Part shown: positions 20,452-30,053 of the stretch, piece by piece
Position numbering within the stretch: position 1 is the first letter of the stretch
How the letters are laid out: each line of letters opens with the position of its first letter
From: Deltaproteobacteria bacterium
Lineage (GTDB): Bacteria > Myxococcota_A > UBA9160 > SMWR01
Assembly: GCA_032128115.1 (NCBI GenBank)
Contig: JAQBHB010000047.1
Location: 1 to 64,000 of the forward strand
Length of the DNA stretch: 64,000 nucleotides
Direction of reading: 5' to 3'
Notes under the pieces: generated by a model
Seen by the model: only the letters and a program-made list of their open reading frames with translations
Told to the model about the DNA's origin: nothing
Databases searched by the model: none
Made by a program: the position numbers and the translations under genes

Positions 20452-21225
20452 TTACGGAACCTGGGAGAAGAGCAGCCGGCCGGCTTCGTTCTCGGCGTTG
20501 AGCCAGGGTCCCAGGCCGAGGCGCAGGCACCACTCGATGCGGTGATCGCGCACGTGCAGGTGCTCCCGGTGGAAGAAGGGATCCTCGTCTTCCTGGGAGG
20601 CGCGGAAGCCTTCCATGAGCTCCGCCGTCGCGCGCTGCACGGACGGTCGCAGCGAAACGCGCTCGAACCACCGGGACAGACGCACACCTTCCGGAGGCGA
20701 TCCGAGAACGGCGGCGCCGGCCAGCTGGGGGGCCAGTGCGATCTCGGCGCGCGAGAACTCGCCGCACAGGTATCCTGCCTCGGGGAGCTGGCTGTCGAGA
20801 TACCCGTACAGGGCGGCGATCTGCCGCTGGGCCTTCGCCACCACCTCCGGGTACTCGTCCTGGAGCTTGGGCCGGAACATCTTCACGATGGCGAGCGCGA
20901 TCACGGCACCGTCCATCGGGCCGTCGGCGAGACGTTCGAGCAGGCGGCAGCGGGCCTGCCCTGACGGGCTGCGCGGCAGCAAGGGGTGCTTCGGGAACAC
21001 CGTCTCCAGGTACTCGCAGATCACGCTCGAGTCGTACACGAGGGCATCCCCGTGCACGATGGCCGGGACCTCCCCCCGTGGATTGATGGCCAGCAGCCGG
21101 GCGCGATCGGCGGCGCGGCGCATTTCGCGCTTCTCGTGCTCGATTTCCTTCTCGTAGAGAGTGGCCCGCACCTTGAAGGCGTAGGGGCTGAAGGCGTTGT
21201 CGAAGAGGATCAGGGGATCCGTCAT
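20452..21225 (-). CDS. Glutathione S-transferase family protein
   Basis: FSPYAFKVR, INPRGEVP, DSSVICEYLE, YLCGEFS. Confidence 0.9.
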   Translation of the reverse strand: MTDPLILFDNAFSPYAFKVRATLYEKEIEHEKREMRRAADRARLLAINPRGEVPAIVHGDALVYDSSVICEYLETVFPKHPLLPRSPSGQARCRLLERLADGPMDGAVIALAIVKMFRPKLQDEYPEVVAKAQRQIAALYGYLDSQLPEAGYLCGEFSRAEIALAPQLAGAAVLGSPPEGVRLSRWFERVSLRPSVQRATAELMEGFRASQEDEDPFFHREHLHVRDHRIEWCLRLGLGPWLNAENEAGRLLFSQVP

Positions 21226-21228
21226 GGT

Positions 21229-22947
21229 TCAAAGCACCGCCGAGTGTAGTTTCAGATCGGCCCGGCTCCAGGCCTTGTCGAATGCGGCCTGGGCCGTGGC
21301 GGCCTCGTCCATCTTGCCCTGGGCGCGCAGACTCTGGGCGAGTCCGAAGAGCGACCAACCGTTGCTCGGGGTGTATTCGAGCTGCTTCACGAACACGGCT
21401 TCTGCCTCGGCGGGATGGCGCGCGCGCAACAGGGCATCGCCCAGGGCCTCACGCACCGGAAAGTACCAGGGCGGTGGTTCCGTGTAGGACAGCGAATCCT
21501 GGATCTCGACCGCGGCCGAAAGGAGCACCACGGCGGCATCCCAGTTCTTCTCCGCTCCCTCGATGCGGGCCTCCAGCACCAGCGCGGCGATCCCCAGAAG
21601 CTGGGCCGGACTCGCGTTGGACAGGAACACGAAGTCCTGCTGGGCCCAGCCGTCTCGCAGCGTCTGCACCTCGGCGAGTTCGTGGCGGGCTTCCGGGATC
21701 GCGTCCCGGGACGCCAGGGCCAGGCCGCGGGCGTAGTGCCAGCCACCGCGGGCGTAGCGCAGCGCAGGCTCGGGCTCGGGCACCGCCAGGATCTCGTCCC
21801 AGCGACCGAAGCGGGCCAGTGCGTACACGTACTTCGGATGGAACTCCTCGATGTTGGGGAATTCGTCCACGTGGTCCATGGGAAGCGTGGCCACCAGGCG
21901 CTGTGCCGCGTCGATCGATTCCCGACTTCGGCCCTCGAAGGCCGCCGAGGCCTGGAAGAAGTCGATGTTGTGGGGGTAGTAGGCCGCGGGGTAGAAGCCC
22001 TGGGCGCGGCACTGGGTGATGTAGGACTCGTCGGCGCGGGCCGCCTTCTCGTTGGCCGCCGACGCATCGTGGTAGCGCCCCAGCCGCAGGTAGATATGCG
22101 AGGGCATGTGCACCAGGTGGCCGGCGCCGGGCGCCAGGTTTCCCAACAGGTCTGCCCCCGCCTCGGCGCGTTCGGGCATCTGGGGCTCCATGGCGTGGAT
22201 GTAGTAGTGGATTGCGCCCGGGTGGCGGGGCTCCTGCTCCATGGCCCGTTCCAGCGCCGCCGCGGCCTCGATCGTCTCTGGCTTTGGCGCGCCGTCTGGC
22301 AGGTAGTAGTTCCATGGCATGGTGTCCATCAGAGACTCCGCGAAGAGCGCCTGCACGTCGGGGTCGTCGGGGAAGCGCACGGCCAGCTTGCGCATGGCGT
22401 CGGCGTACGCCCGGTCGAGGCTCGAGCGGTCATCGGGCGGGTCGGCCGCATAGCGCGTGGCGAGTGCACCGATGAGCGCCTGCTCCCGCGGTGTGGCGCT
22501 TGCGGCCGTGCGCTGCGCGGAACCCATGGCATCAAAGGCCTGCTGCGCGTCGGCCGGATCCATGGGCTTGTTGATGTTGGGTCCCAGCGCATAGGCCTCG
22601 CCCCAGAAACACAGGGCGCATTGGGGGTCGATCCGTTGGGCCTCGCGAAACGAGCGCACCGCCTCGGCGTGATTGAAGCCGTAGGTGAGGACGAGCCCCT
22701 GGTCGAAGTAGCGCTGTGCCGTGGGCGAGTGGGTCGTCACCGCCATGTGGTAATCGCCCAGATCGTTGAACAGGGGGGCGGTGGCACCGGGCGGGAGTTC
22801 GCGGCGGGGAGACTCGCTGCTCGAAGACATCGCGGGCGATGCATCGCCGCCGCTGCCGGGCTTCGCGCACGCCACGAGTCCGATCGCGAAAAGCGAAGCC
22901 AGAAGAACGGCTGCGTCGTGCGCCAGGGTCGAGAATCTCCCAGTCAC
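21229..22947 (-). CDS. TPR-repeat lipoprotein
   Basis: LVAC lipobox; YGFNHAEA, GPNIN, HYYIH, HMPSHIY, YTEPP; helical repeats. Confidence 0.82.
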   Translation of the reverse strand: MTGRFSTLAHDAAVLLASLFAIGLVACAKPGSGGDASPAMSSSSESPRRELPPGATAPLFNDLGDYHMAVTTHSPTAQRYFDQGLVLTYGFNHAEAVRSFREAQRIDPQCALCFWGEAYALGPNINKPMDPADAQQAFDAMGSAQRTAASATPREQALIGALATRYAADPPDDRSSLDRAYADAMRKLAVRFPDDPDVQALFAESLMDTMPWNYYLPDGAPKPETIEAAAALERAMEQEPRHPGAIHYYIHAMEPQMPERAEAGADLLGNLAPGAGHLVHMPSHIYLRLGRYHDASAANEKAARADESYITQCRAQGFYPAAYYPHNIDFFQASAAFEGRSRESIDAAQRLVATLPMDHVDEFPNIEEFHPKYVYALARFGRWDEILAVPEPEPALRYARGGWHYARGLALASRDAIPEARHELAEVQTLRDGWAQQDFVFLSNASPAQLLGIAALVLEARIEGAEKNWDAAVVLLSAAVEIQDSLSYTEPPPWYFPVREALGDALLRARHPAEAEAVFVKQLEYTPSNGWSLFGLAQSLRAQGKMDEAATAQAAFDKAWSRADLKLHSAVL

Positions 22948-23026
22948 CTGCGTCGTCCCTCCATCTGAAGAATCGAAGAATCCAGGATCGCATCATATCA
23001 GCGGCCCCGGTGCCAACGGGGGGACG

Positions 23027-23434
23027 TCAACCCTCGGGGGCGTGGCAGACGGCCTCCACGTTGTTGCCGTCCGGATCGAGGGCGAAGGCCCCGAAGTAGT
23101 GCTCGTGATAGGCGGGCCGGAGCCCGGGGGCGCCGTGGTCGCGGCCGCCGGCGGTCAGGGCCGCTTTGTGAAAGGCCGCAACGGAAGCGCGGTCGGGGGC
23201 CGAGAAGGCCACGTGGCGGGCTTCGACCCTCTCTCGCCCCTCGCGTATCTCGATGACCCAGAATACCGTGCGACCGTCGGGGCCAAAGGCGCAGCAGCGA
23301 CGCTCGGGAAATTCCGGATCCCAGTCCGTCACCATTTCCGCCTGGACCCCGTAGCCCAGCGGGGCCAGCGCCGCTTGATAGAAGCGGCGGGTGGCCGCGA
23401 AATCCGTGGCGTAGCTGCTCAGGTGATCGATCAC
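23027..23434 (-). CDS. VOC/glyoxalase family protein
   Basis: VIDHLS, HVAFSA, GAPGLRP, AFALDPDGNNVEAVCH. Confidence 0.9.
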   Translation of the reverse strand: MIDHLSSYATDFAATRRFYQAALAPLGYGVQAEMVTDWDPEFPERRCCAFGPDGRTVFWVIEIREGRERVEARHVAFSAPDRASVAAFHKAALTAGGRDHGAPGLRPAYHEHYFGAFALDPDGNNVEAVCHAPEG

Positions 23435-23460
23435 GGGCCCCAGCCTATCACGGGCTGGCG

Positions 23461-24042
23461 TCACTGCCCGTTCTCGATGGGATTGGACTCGTCCCAGACT
23501 TCTTCGAAGAGCGCGAGAAACTGCTTCACGGTGTCGGGATCGTGCTGAAGTACAAGCAACTCGATGTTCTTCTCCGCCGCAGAGTGCGTCCAATTGAAGG
23601 AGCCGAACAGCACTTCGCGTTCGTCCACGATCAGGAATTTCGCGTGGAGCTTGCCTCGCTTTTTCTGCGGCATGCGGATTTCCGCCCCGAGCTTGCGCGC
23701 CTTCTTGATCAGGCTCCCATGCTCGTCGCTGGCCTCGCGATCCGCCACGATCCGGATGCGAACCTTCTTCTCGGCAGCGTGTCGCAAGGCCTTCAGCACC
23801 GAGGGGTCGTCGAACTTGTAGACGAGAGCCGCGATCTCCCGGTCGGCGCGCCGGATCGCGGAAACCGTGTCTTCGATCGTGCCCTGATCGGGATCGAGCA
23901 GTACGACACGAGGAGCGGTGGAACGAGTCACCGCCGCGGCCGCGGCCAGGATTGCGACGCCGGCTACGAGCGACGTCCATGCGAGCGACGGGATCGTTCT
24001 CGAAGCCACCCTGGTTCTCAGCGTGGCCGAGCACGTCGCCAC
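23461..24042 (-). CDS. Single-HKD phospholipase D/Nuc-like protein
   Basis: LHAKFLIVD...GSFNWT...KNIE; N-terminal hydrophobic segment; start uncertain. Confidence 0.82.
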   Translation of the reverse strand: MATCSATLRTRVASRTIPSLAWTSLVAGVAILAAAAAVTRSTAPRVVLLDPDQGTIEDTVSAIRRADREIAALVYKFDDPSVLKALRHAAEKKVRIRIVADREASDEHGSLIKKARKLGAEIRMPQKKRGKLHAKFLIVDEREVLFGSFNWTHSAAEKNIELLVLQHDPDTVKQFLALFEEVWDESNPIENGQ

Positions 24043-24128
24043 GACCGCTCGATGTGCCTTGTTGATTGCAAGTCGGTGACCCCCGTGAGAATCATAGGGG
24101 GCGGGCGGTGGCTGGGGTAGGCTGGGGC

Positions 24129-25547
24129 ATGCCCCACGCCCGCAGGCTTCTCCGGGCCCTCTCCCCCGCAGCGCTGCTCTCGCTCGGCGTCATTTCCTGC
24201 GGCGATGAGCCGAAGGCGAACGCGCCGCGCAACGTGATCCTGATCTCGATCGACACCCTGCGCCCCGATCATCTGGGGATCTACGGCCACGACCGCGACA
24301 CCTCGCCGACGATGGATCGACTGGCGCTGGAAGGCGTGTTCTTCGAGGACGTGACTGCCTCCTCGCCGTGGACGCTGCCGTCGCACGCCTCGATGTTCAC
24401 GGGGCTCTACCCGTCCAGCCACGGGGTCGTGGACCATGCCTTCGCCCTGCGCGAGTCGACGCCGACCCTGGCAACCGCGTTTTCGAAGGCCGGCTTCCAG
24501 ACCGGGGCCTTAGTGAACTCCGAAAACATCGCCAACCCGAAATTCAAGCTGCTGAAGGGGTTCGGCGAGAACATCCGATACTACCCAGAGATCGAGGAGT
24601 CCCCGGGCGGGGTGGATTCGATCGTCAACCGGGGAGAAGAGATCACGGCCGGCGCCATGGAGTGGATCGGGAATCGCGATGAGCGGCCGTTCTTCCTGTT
24701 CCTGCACTACTACGACGTGCACACGGACTTCACCCCGAAGCCCGAGTACGAGGAGCGGTTCGTTTCGGACTACCCCGGACCGCTGACGGGCCTGACCACT
24801 GAACTCGTCGCGGTCCGCACGCAACACGGCAGGCTGCGCGACATCGACATCCGCTATCTCCGTCAGATGTACGACGCCGAGATCCGCCAGCTCGACGACC
24901 TCCTGGGGGTTTTCGTCGGGTTCCTGGGAGATCAGGACCTGCTCGAGAACACCCTGATCGTGGTGACCTCGGATCACGGCGAGGAGTACTTCGAACACGG
25001 CGGTGTCCTGCACGGCCGCACGCAATACCAGGAGCTGCTGGCCATTCCATTGATCTTCAGCGGCCCCGGGGTGCCCGTGGGCCGGAGCTACGCCGAGCCC
25101 GCGCACCTGGTGGACGTGGCGCCCACGATCCTGTCGATCGCCGGTGTCGATCCGCTGGGCGGCTTTGCCGAGGGTCTGGATCTATCGATCCACTGGCGGG
25201 ACCCGTCCGCAGTGACGAGCCCACGCGTGCTGTACGCCGAGGCGGACCACAACAACCTGTTCGAGGGGAGGCCGGTCGTCGACATCAAGAAGATGGTCCG
25301 CGTCGGGAACGACAAACTGCTGTACGACACGGCGCGGAATCAGGTGGAGCTCTACGATCTGGCGACGGATCCGGGCGAGAAGAACGACCTGGCCCGCGTG
25401 AACCCGGACCGCTCCCGGTTCCTGATGGGTCAGCTCGAAGCCTTCATGGGCCGTTCGGGGACGGGCAGCCGGGTGCCGGGCCTCGACCGGGACGACCTGG
25501 AGCGGATGCGCAAGCTCGGGTACGTGGACGTAGAAGACCCCCAGTAG
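24129..25547 (+). CDS. Sulfatase-like lipoprotein (alkaline phosphatase superfamily)
   Basis: VISC lipobox, ISIDTLRPD, PWTLPSHASMFTG, TSDHGE, ELYDLATDPGE. Confidence 0.88.
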   Translation: MPHARRLLRALSPAALLSLGVISCGDEPKANAPRNVILISIDTLRPDHLGIYGHDRDTSPTMDRLALEGVFFEDVTASSPWTLPSHASMFTGLYPSSHGVVDHAFALRESTPTLATAFSKAGFQTGALVNSENIANPKFKLLKGFGENIRYYPEIEESPGGVDSIVNRGEEITAGAMEWIGNRDERPFFLFLHYYDVHTDFTPKPEYEERFVSDYPGPLTGLTTELVAVRTQHGRLRDIDIRYLRQMYDAEIRQLDDLLGVFVGFLGDQDLLENTLIVVTSDHGEEYFEHGGVLHGRTQYQELLAIPLIFSGPGVPVGRSYAEPAHLVDVAPTILSIAGVDPLGGFAEGLDLSIHWRDPSAVTSPRVLYAEADHNNLFEGRPVVDIKKMVRVGNDKLLYDTARNQVELYDLATDPGEKNDLARVNPDRSRFLMGQLEAFMGRSGTGSRVPGLDRDDLERMRKLGYVDVEDPQ

Positions 25548-25571
25548 GGATCCCGCAATGAACCGGATCGC

Positions 25572-25613
25572 GCCTTCAGCCCGATGGGTAGAGCCTTCAG
25601 CCCAATGGGGAGA
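25572..25613. repeat. 21-bp tandem duplication (2 copies, 2 mismatches)
   Basis: GCCTTCAGCCCGATGGGTAGA GCCTTCAGCCCAATGGGGAGA. Confidence 0.85.
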
Positions 25614-26036
25614 GCGTCGTTCCCGGGGCGGCGCCTGTGGGCTCGTCTTCTCGCAGGGTCGTGGTTCCGCCGATCAGCACGGCGCGATAGCCGCGGCCCG
25701 AATGGTAGAGGCGGGGGGCGTTGCCGGGGAGGTCGTGGCGGATGCAGACGGGCTCGAGGCCGATGCGATCGCGGTCGATCACGCCAGTCCAAGCAGCTGT
25801 TGCACCAACGCCGCTTCGTCGAAGCGCAGCAGCAGACTGATGGGGAGCGGCGCCACCTGGGGCGCCACCACCACGCCGGTCTGGTTGGCGGCCTGGTTGT
25901 GGGCCAGCACCTGCTGTCACACGCCATCGCCGATCTCGACTATGCATCCGTCGCGGATCGCTATATCGCCTGCGAAGGCTGGCGCGCCGGTGCCATCCAC
26001 CACGGTGCCGCCGCGAATCACCAGCTCGGTCGACAC
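25597..26036 (-). pseudogene. Collapsed N-acyl-D-amino-acid deacylase (amidohydrolase) pseudogene
   Basis: N-terminal ELVIRGGTVVDGTGAPAFAGDIAIRDG, stop at 25917-25919, a middle fragment, then in another frame the C-terminal HDLPGNAPRLY...GYRAVLIGG...EPTGAAPG. Confidence 0.8.
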
Positions 26037-26067
26037 GGTTCCCCCAGGTGCAGGAAATTCGCTCGAT

Positions 26068-26547
26068 TCAGCGCTTCAATGGCTCGGAGTAGACGACCTG
26101 GAACGTCTCCATGACAAGGGGCGCCTTCTCGTGGGGCTCGCGCCTGATGCGCGCGCACTCCCAGGTGATGTAGTCCCAATACATGGCGCGCCAGCTGGCC
26201 AGGGTCCGGTCGCCTTCACCACCCCGGTGGGCGTATTCGACGCCGACTTCGTCGAAGGGGATCACCTGCGCATCGAGGGTGCGGATCACGCACGCCGGGT
26301 CGTCGCGTCCGCGGGTCACGATCCAGTGGTCTCCGGGGCAGGGCCTGTGCTTGTGGTCGGATTCCAGCGCCCACAGCAGGCTCCCGGTTGCGGTCTTCGT
26401 CCCCCGGATCACCAGCTCGGCGATCTCCGCGGCGTCTTCGGGATCGGTTCCGAAGCTGAAGTCCTCGACGCAGCGGGGGGGCGGGTCGCCGCCCGCAGGC
26501 AGGCTTTCCAGGAACTGCTCCCAGTACCGGGCGATCTTCGAGGTCAC
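26068..26547 (-). CDS. ASCH domain protein
   Basis: SFG, GTKTATGS, GEGDRTL..WR motifs. Confidence 0.9.
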   Translation of the reverse strand: MTSKIARYWEQFLESLPAGGDPPPRCVEDFSFGTDPEDAAEIAELVIRGTKTATGSLLWALESDHKHRPCPGDHWIVTRGRDDPACVIRTLDAQVIPFDEVGVEYAHRGGEGDRTLASWRAMYWDYITWECARIRREPHEKAPLVMETFQVVYSEPLKR

Positions 26548-26610
26548 ATCAAATCACCTTTTATTCCAGATAGTTGAAGTTCAGAGTTGCCGGCCGGGAA
26601 GATCTCTCCA

Positions 26611-26639
26611 TTTACTAGACGAACCGTCTCGTATATAGT
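26611..26639 (+). promoter_or_regulatory. Sigma70-like promoter overlapping a palindromic operator
   Basis: TTTACT-17-TATAGT with CTAGACGAACCGTCTCG at 26615-26631. Confidence 0.7.
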
Positions 26640-26685
26640 ATCCAGGTCCCGCATCGCCGCCCCGGGCCGGGCAGGAGGAGCCTCC

Positions 26686-27873
26686 GTGAATTTCGAGTTC
26701 TCCGACACCGAGAAGGCCTTTCAGGAGGAGGTCGAGAAGTTTCTCGACGAGCATGCCACGGCCGACGTGGCCGACGTGACCCGCGAGAACATGGCGCAGA
26801 TCGTCGACACCCCGGAGCGGCGGGCCTTCATGAAGAAGCTCTCCGACCGCGGCTGGATGGGCATGACATGGCCGAAAGAGTACGGCGGAAAGGAGAAGGA
26901 GGGGGTCTACGAGTACCTGCTGAACGAGTCGCTGGCGCGGCGCGGTGCGCCGCAGATCGGCAAGGGCGTGGGCATCGTGGGCAAGACCCTGATCCGCCAC
27001 GGCAGCGAGAAGCTCAAGCAGGAGTTCCTGCCCAAGATCATCAACGCCCAGGTGGAGTTCGCGGTGGGCTACAGCGAGCCCCAGGCGGGTTCCGACGCGG
27101 CCAACATGCAGCTCAAGGCCGAGAAGGTGGAAGGCGGTTGGAAGCTCAACGGCCAGAAGATCTGGACCACCTCCGCCCATTTCGCCGACTGGTACTGGGT
27201 GGGGGCGCGCACCAACCCGGATGCCTCGCGCAAGCACGATGGCATCAGCCTGTTCCTGATCCCCATGGACCACCCGGGACTCGAGATCCGGGCGACCTGG
27301 ACCATCGGCGACGAGCGCACGAACGAGGTGTTCTTCGACGACGTGTTCGTGTCCGACGACTACATGGTGGGAAAGGAAGGCATGGGCTTCCGCTACATCT
27401 CCGAGGCCCTGGATCTCGAGCGCTTCACCATGTTCACGTTCTCGCCCATCGAGCAGAAGCTCGAGGAGCTGATCGACTACGTGAAGGACGCGGTGCGCGA
27501 CGACGAGCCCATGCGCAAGGATCCCAAGGTGCGCCAGCGCATCGCCAATCTGTCTACCCAGGCCGAAGTGGCCCGGGTGCTGGGCTTCCGCTTCCTGGCC
27601 GCCGCACGCGACGTGGAAGGCAAGCCGCCCACGGTGCATGCGTCGGAATACAAGCTCTTCGCGACGCAACTCTCCCAGCGCGTCGCCAACGCCATGGTGG
27701 ATCTCCCCGGCGCTGGCGGGCAGCTGCGCGTGCACACCGAAGACGCGCCCATGCGCGGCCGTGCGGACATGGCCTACCGTTACTCGGTGATCGACACCAT
27801 CGGCGGTGGTGCGTCGGAGATCCAGAAGAACATCATTGCGCGCCGGAAGCTCGGCCTCCCCAAGAACTTCTAG
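26686..27873 (+). CDS. Acyl-CoA dehydrogenase (catalytic subunit type)
   Basis: GYSEPQAGSD, NGQKIWTT, TNEVFFDDV, TIGGGASEIQKNII; AGGAGGAG RBS. Confidence 0.93.
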   Translation: MNFEFSDTEKAFQEEVEKFLDEHATADVADVTRENMAQIVDTPERRAFMKKLSDRGWMGMTWPKEYGGKEKEGVYEYLLNESLARRGAPQIGKGVGIVGKTLIRHGSEKLKQEFLPKIINAQVEFAVGYSEPQAGSDAANMQLKAEKVEGGWKLNGQKIWTTSAHFADWYWVGARTNPDASRKHDGISLFLIPMDHPGLEIRATWTIGDERTNEVFFDDVFVSDDYMVGKEGMGFRYISEALDLERFTMFTFSPIEQKLEELIDYVKDAVRDDEPMRKDPKVRQRIANLSTQAEVARVLGFRFLAAARDVEGKPPTVHASEYKLFATQLSQRVANAMVDLPGAGGQLRVHTEDAPMRGRADMAYRYSVIDTIGGGASEIQKNIIARRKLGLPKNF

Positions 27874-27888
27874 GGAGACTGCCGCGGC

Positions 27889-29058
27889 ATGACGCGCACC
27901 CCCGCCCTCGAAGGCATTCGCGTGCTCGACTTCTCCACGGTTGGGCCCGCGGCGCGCTGCTCGCGCATCCTGGCGGATTACGGTGCCGCGGTGGTGAAGA
28001 TCGCTGCCCCGCCCCGAAAGTCGGGCGTGCAGATCGAGCCGATCTATTACGCCTACAGTGGGCACCGGGGCATGAAGCGCGCGCGCATCGACCTGAAGGC
28101 GCCGTCGGGCGTGCAGGCCTTCCTGGCCCTGGCGGCTCGCGCCGACGTGATTCTCGAGAGCTTCCGCCCCGGCGTGATGCAGCGGCTGGGTCTGGGCTAC
28201 GAGGCCATCCGCCAGCTGAATCCCGGCATCGTCTATTGCTCCACCAGCGGCTTCGGGCAGACGGGGCCCTATGCCCAGTGGGCCGGCCACGATCTCAACT
28301 ACCTGGCACTGGGGGGATACCTGGGGTGCAGCGGTCGACGCGACGACGGGGGACCGGCACTTCCGGGCGCCACCGTCGCCGACAGCGCCGCCGGCGGCAT
28401 GCACGCGGCCATCGCGATCCTGGCGGCCCTGCTGCGGCGCAAACCGGGAGGCGAGGGCGAGTACCTGGACGTTTCCGTAGCCGAAGGCGTGCTCTCGCTG
28501 ATGTCGCTGGCCCTGGACGAACATCTGGCCACGGGCTCCGAACCCGGCCCCGGCCACGACATCCTGACCGGACGCTACGCCTGCTACGGCCTGTATCGAA
28601 CCCGCGACGACCAGTGGCTCGCGGTGGCGGCCATCGAGCCTGCGTTCTACGCCAACCTGTGCAAGGCGTTGGGGCTCGATCGGTGGATCCCCCATCAGAC
28701 CGACGACGAGCACCAGGACGCCATCCGCGCCGCCTTTCGCGATGCGTTTGCCGCACGCGACCGCGGCGACTGGGTGGCCGAGTTGGCCCCGGCCAACACC
28801 TGTGTGGCCCCAGTGAACCTGGTATCCGAGGTGGCCGGCGACCCGCACCTGACCGCGCGCGGCGCCTTCGGCGAGGCGACCCATCCCGAACACGGGAACT
28901 TCCGTCAGCTGGCCCCGATCCTGGCAGGGATGACGCGCAGTGAGGGAGCGGCCCAGGTGCGTGACGCGGGGGTGACCGACACGGACGCGCTGCTGCGCGA
29001 TGCGGGCCTGTCCGGCGAAGAGATCGGAAAGCTCCGAAGCGAGGAGGTGGTGGCATGA
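27889..29058 (+). CDS. CaiB/BaiF CoA-transferase, alpha-methylacyl-CoA racemase-like
   Basis: ESFRPGV, GFGQTGP, AGHDLNY, ADSAAGG. Confidence 0.9.
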   Translation: MTRTPALEGIRVLDFSTVGPAARCSRILADYGAAVVKIAAPPRKSGVQIEPIYYAYSGHRGMKRARIDLKAPSGVQAFLALAARADVILESFRPGVMQRLGLGYEAIRQLNPGIVYCSTSGFGQTGPYAQWAGHDLNYLALGGYLGCSGRRDDGGPALPGATVADSAAGGMHAAIAILAALLRRKPGGEGEYLDVSVAEGVLSLMSLALDEHLATGSEPGPGHDILTGRYACYGLYRTRDDQWLAVAAIEPAFYANLCKALGLDRWIPHQTDDEHQDAIRAAFRDAFAARDRGDWVAELAPANTCVAPVNLVSEVAGDPHLTARGAFGEATHPEHGNFRQLAPILAGMTRSEGAAQVRDAGVTDTDALLRDAGLSGEEIGKLRSEEVVA

Positions 29059-29564
29059 GCGACCTGCCGGCGAAGATCCAGGGCTGGATCGACCAGAAGC
29101 GTTACGAGCAGGTGGGTGAGTTCGACGTGGAGCGTGGCTACATCTTCGCCAGCTGCGCGTCGGTGGAGAACGGCAATCCCCTGTTCTGGGACGAGAAGGT
29201 CGCGCAGGATCTGACGCATGGCTGGATCGCACCTCCCAGCATGCTCTCCGCCTGGTTCCGGCCCCACCATTGGGCGCCGGACCGCAGTGAGGTTGCGCAG
29301 CCCCTGCAGGTGCACTTCGACCTGAAGGAGATCCTGGGGCTGCCCGAGGCCGTGATGACCGACAACACCATCGTCTTTGGCGAGCCCGTGCGGCCGGGAG
29401 ACCGGCTCAAGACCTGGCAGGTGCTGCGCTCCGTATCGCCGATCAAGCGAACCAAGCTCGGCGAGGGCCGCTTCTGGGTGATCGACGTCCTCTACGAGAA
29501 CCAGCGCGGTGAGTCGGTGGGCCACGAGACCTACACGGGCTTCGGGTATCGGAGGGATGCGTGA
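29055..29564 (+). CDS. MaoC-like dehydratase, N-terminal type (hot-dog fold)
   Basis: ENGNPLFWD, APPSML, PVRPGD, LGEGRF, NQRGE. Confidence 0.85.
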   Translation: MSDLPAKIQGWIDQKRYEQVGEFDVERGYIFASCASVENGNPLFWDEKVAQDLTHGWIAPPSMLSAWFRPHHWAPDRSEVAQPLQVHFDLKEILGLPEAVMTDNTIVFGEPVRPGDRLKTWQVLRSVSPIKRTKLGEGRFWVIDVLYENQRGESVGHETYTGFGYRRDA

Positions 29565-30043
29565 CGGCGAGCGCCGGAATCAGCGCCGAGAACGTGAGGT
29601 CGGGCGATGTGTTGCCCGAGCTGGCAGTGGACGTAACGGCCAGCACCGTGGTGCTCGGCGCCCTCGCCACCCGGGACTGGCGCCCCATGCACCACGACAA
29701 GGACTTCGCAGTGGAGCGCAATGGGGTGAAGAACATCTTTCTCAACACCCCGAACCAGGCCGCCTGGTTCGAGCGTTACATCACCGACTGGACGGGCCCC
29801 ACGGGAAGGCTCGGCCGCATGAAGTTCCGGATGAAGGACTCCGTCTTCCCCGGCGACCGCATGGTCTTCCACGGCGAGGTGGACGGCGTGCAGAGCGACG
29901 ACGCCGGCTGCCACTGGGTGGATCTCACGCTGAAGCTCACCGTCGGGGATCGCACCGCGACCGAGTGCACGGCGCGGGTCGCCGTTCCCGCCGACGACGG
30001 CGACAATCCCTGGAAGCGCAAGGGCGACGACTGGAAGCCCTGA
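29561..30043 (+). CDS. MaoC family dehydratase (ChsH1-like)
   Basis: ATRDWRPMHHD hydratase motif, IFLNT, WTGP, VFPGD. Confidence 0.85.
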   Translation: MTASAGISAENVRSGDVLPELAVDVTASTVVLGALATRDWRPMHHDKDFAVERNGVKNIFLNTPNQAAWFERYITDWTGPTGRLGRMKFRMKDSVFPGDRMVFHGEVDGVQSDDAGCHWVDLTLKLTVGDRTATECTARVAVPADDGDNPWKRKGDDWKP

Positions 30044-30053
30044 GGAGAGAAGC

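Noticed and set aside
23461..24042. PLD-nuclease as an anti-phage defence gene
   Set aside because: No helicase, methylase or other defence neighbours; has an N-terminal hydrophobic segment
26581..29232. 883-aa minus-strand ORF
   Set aside because: Antisense shadow of the ACAD and CoA-transferase genes; no motifs; expected in high-GC DNA
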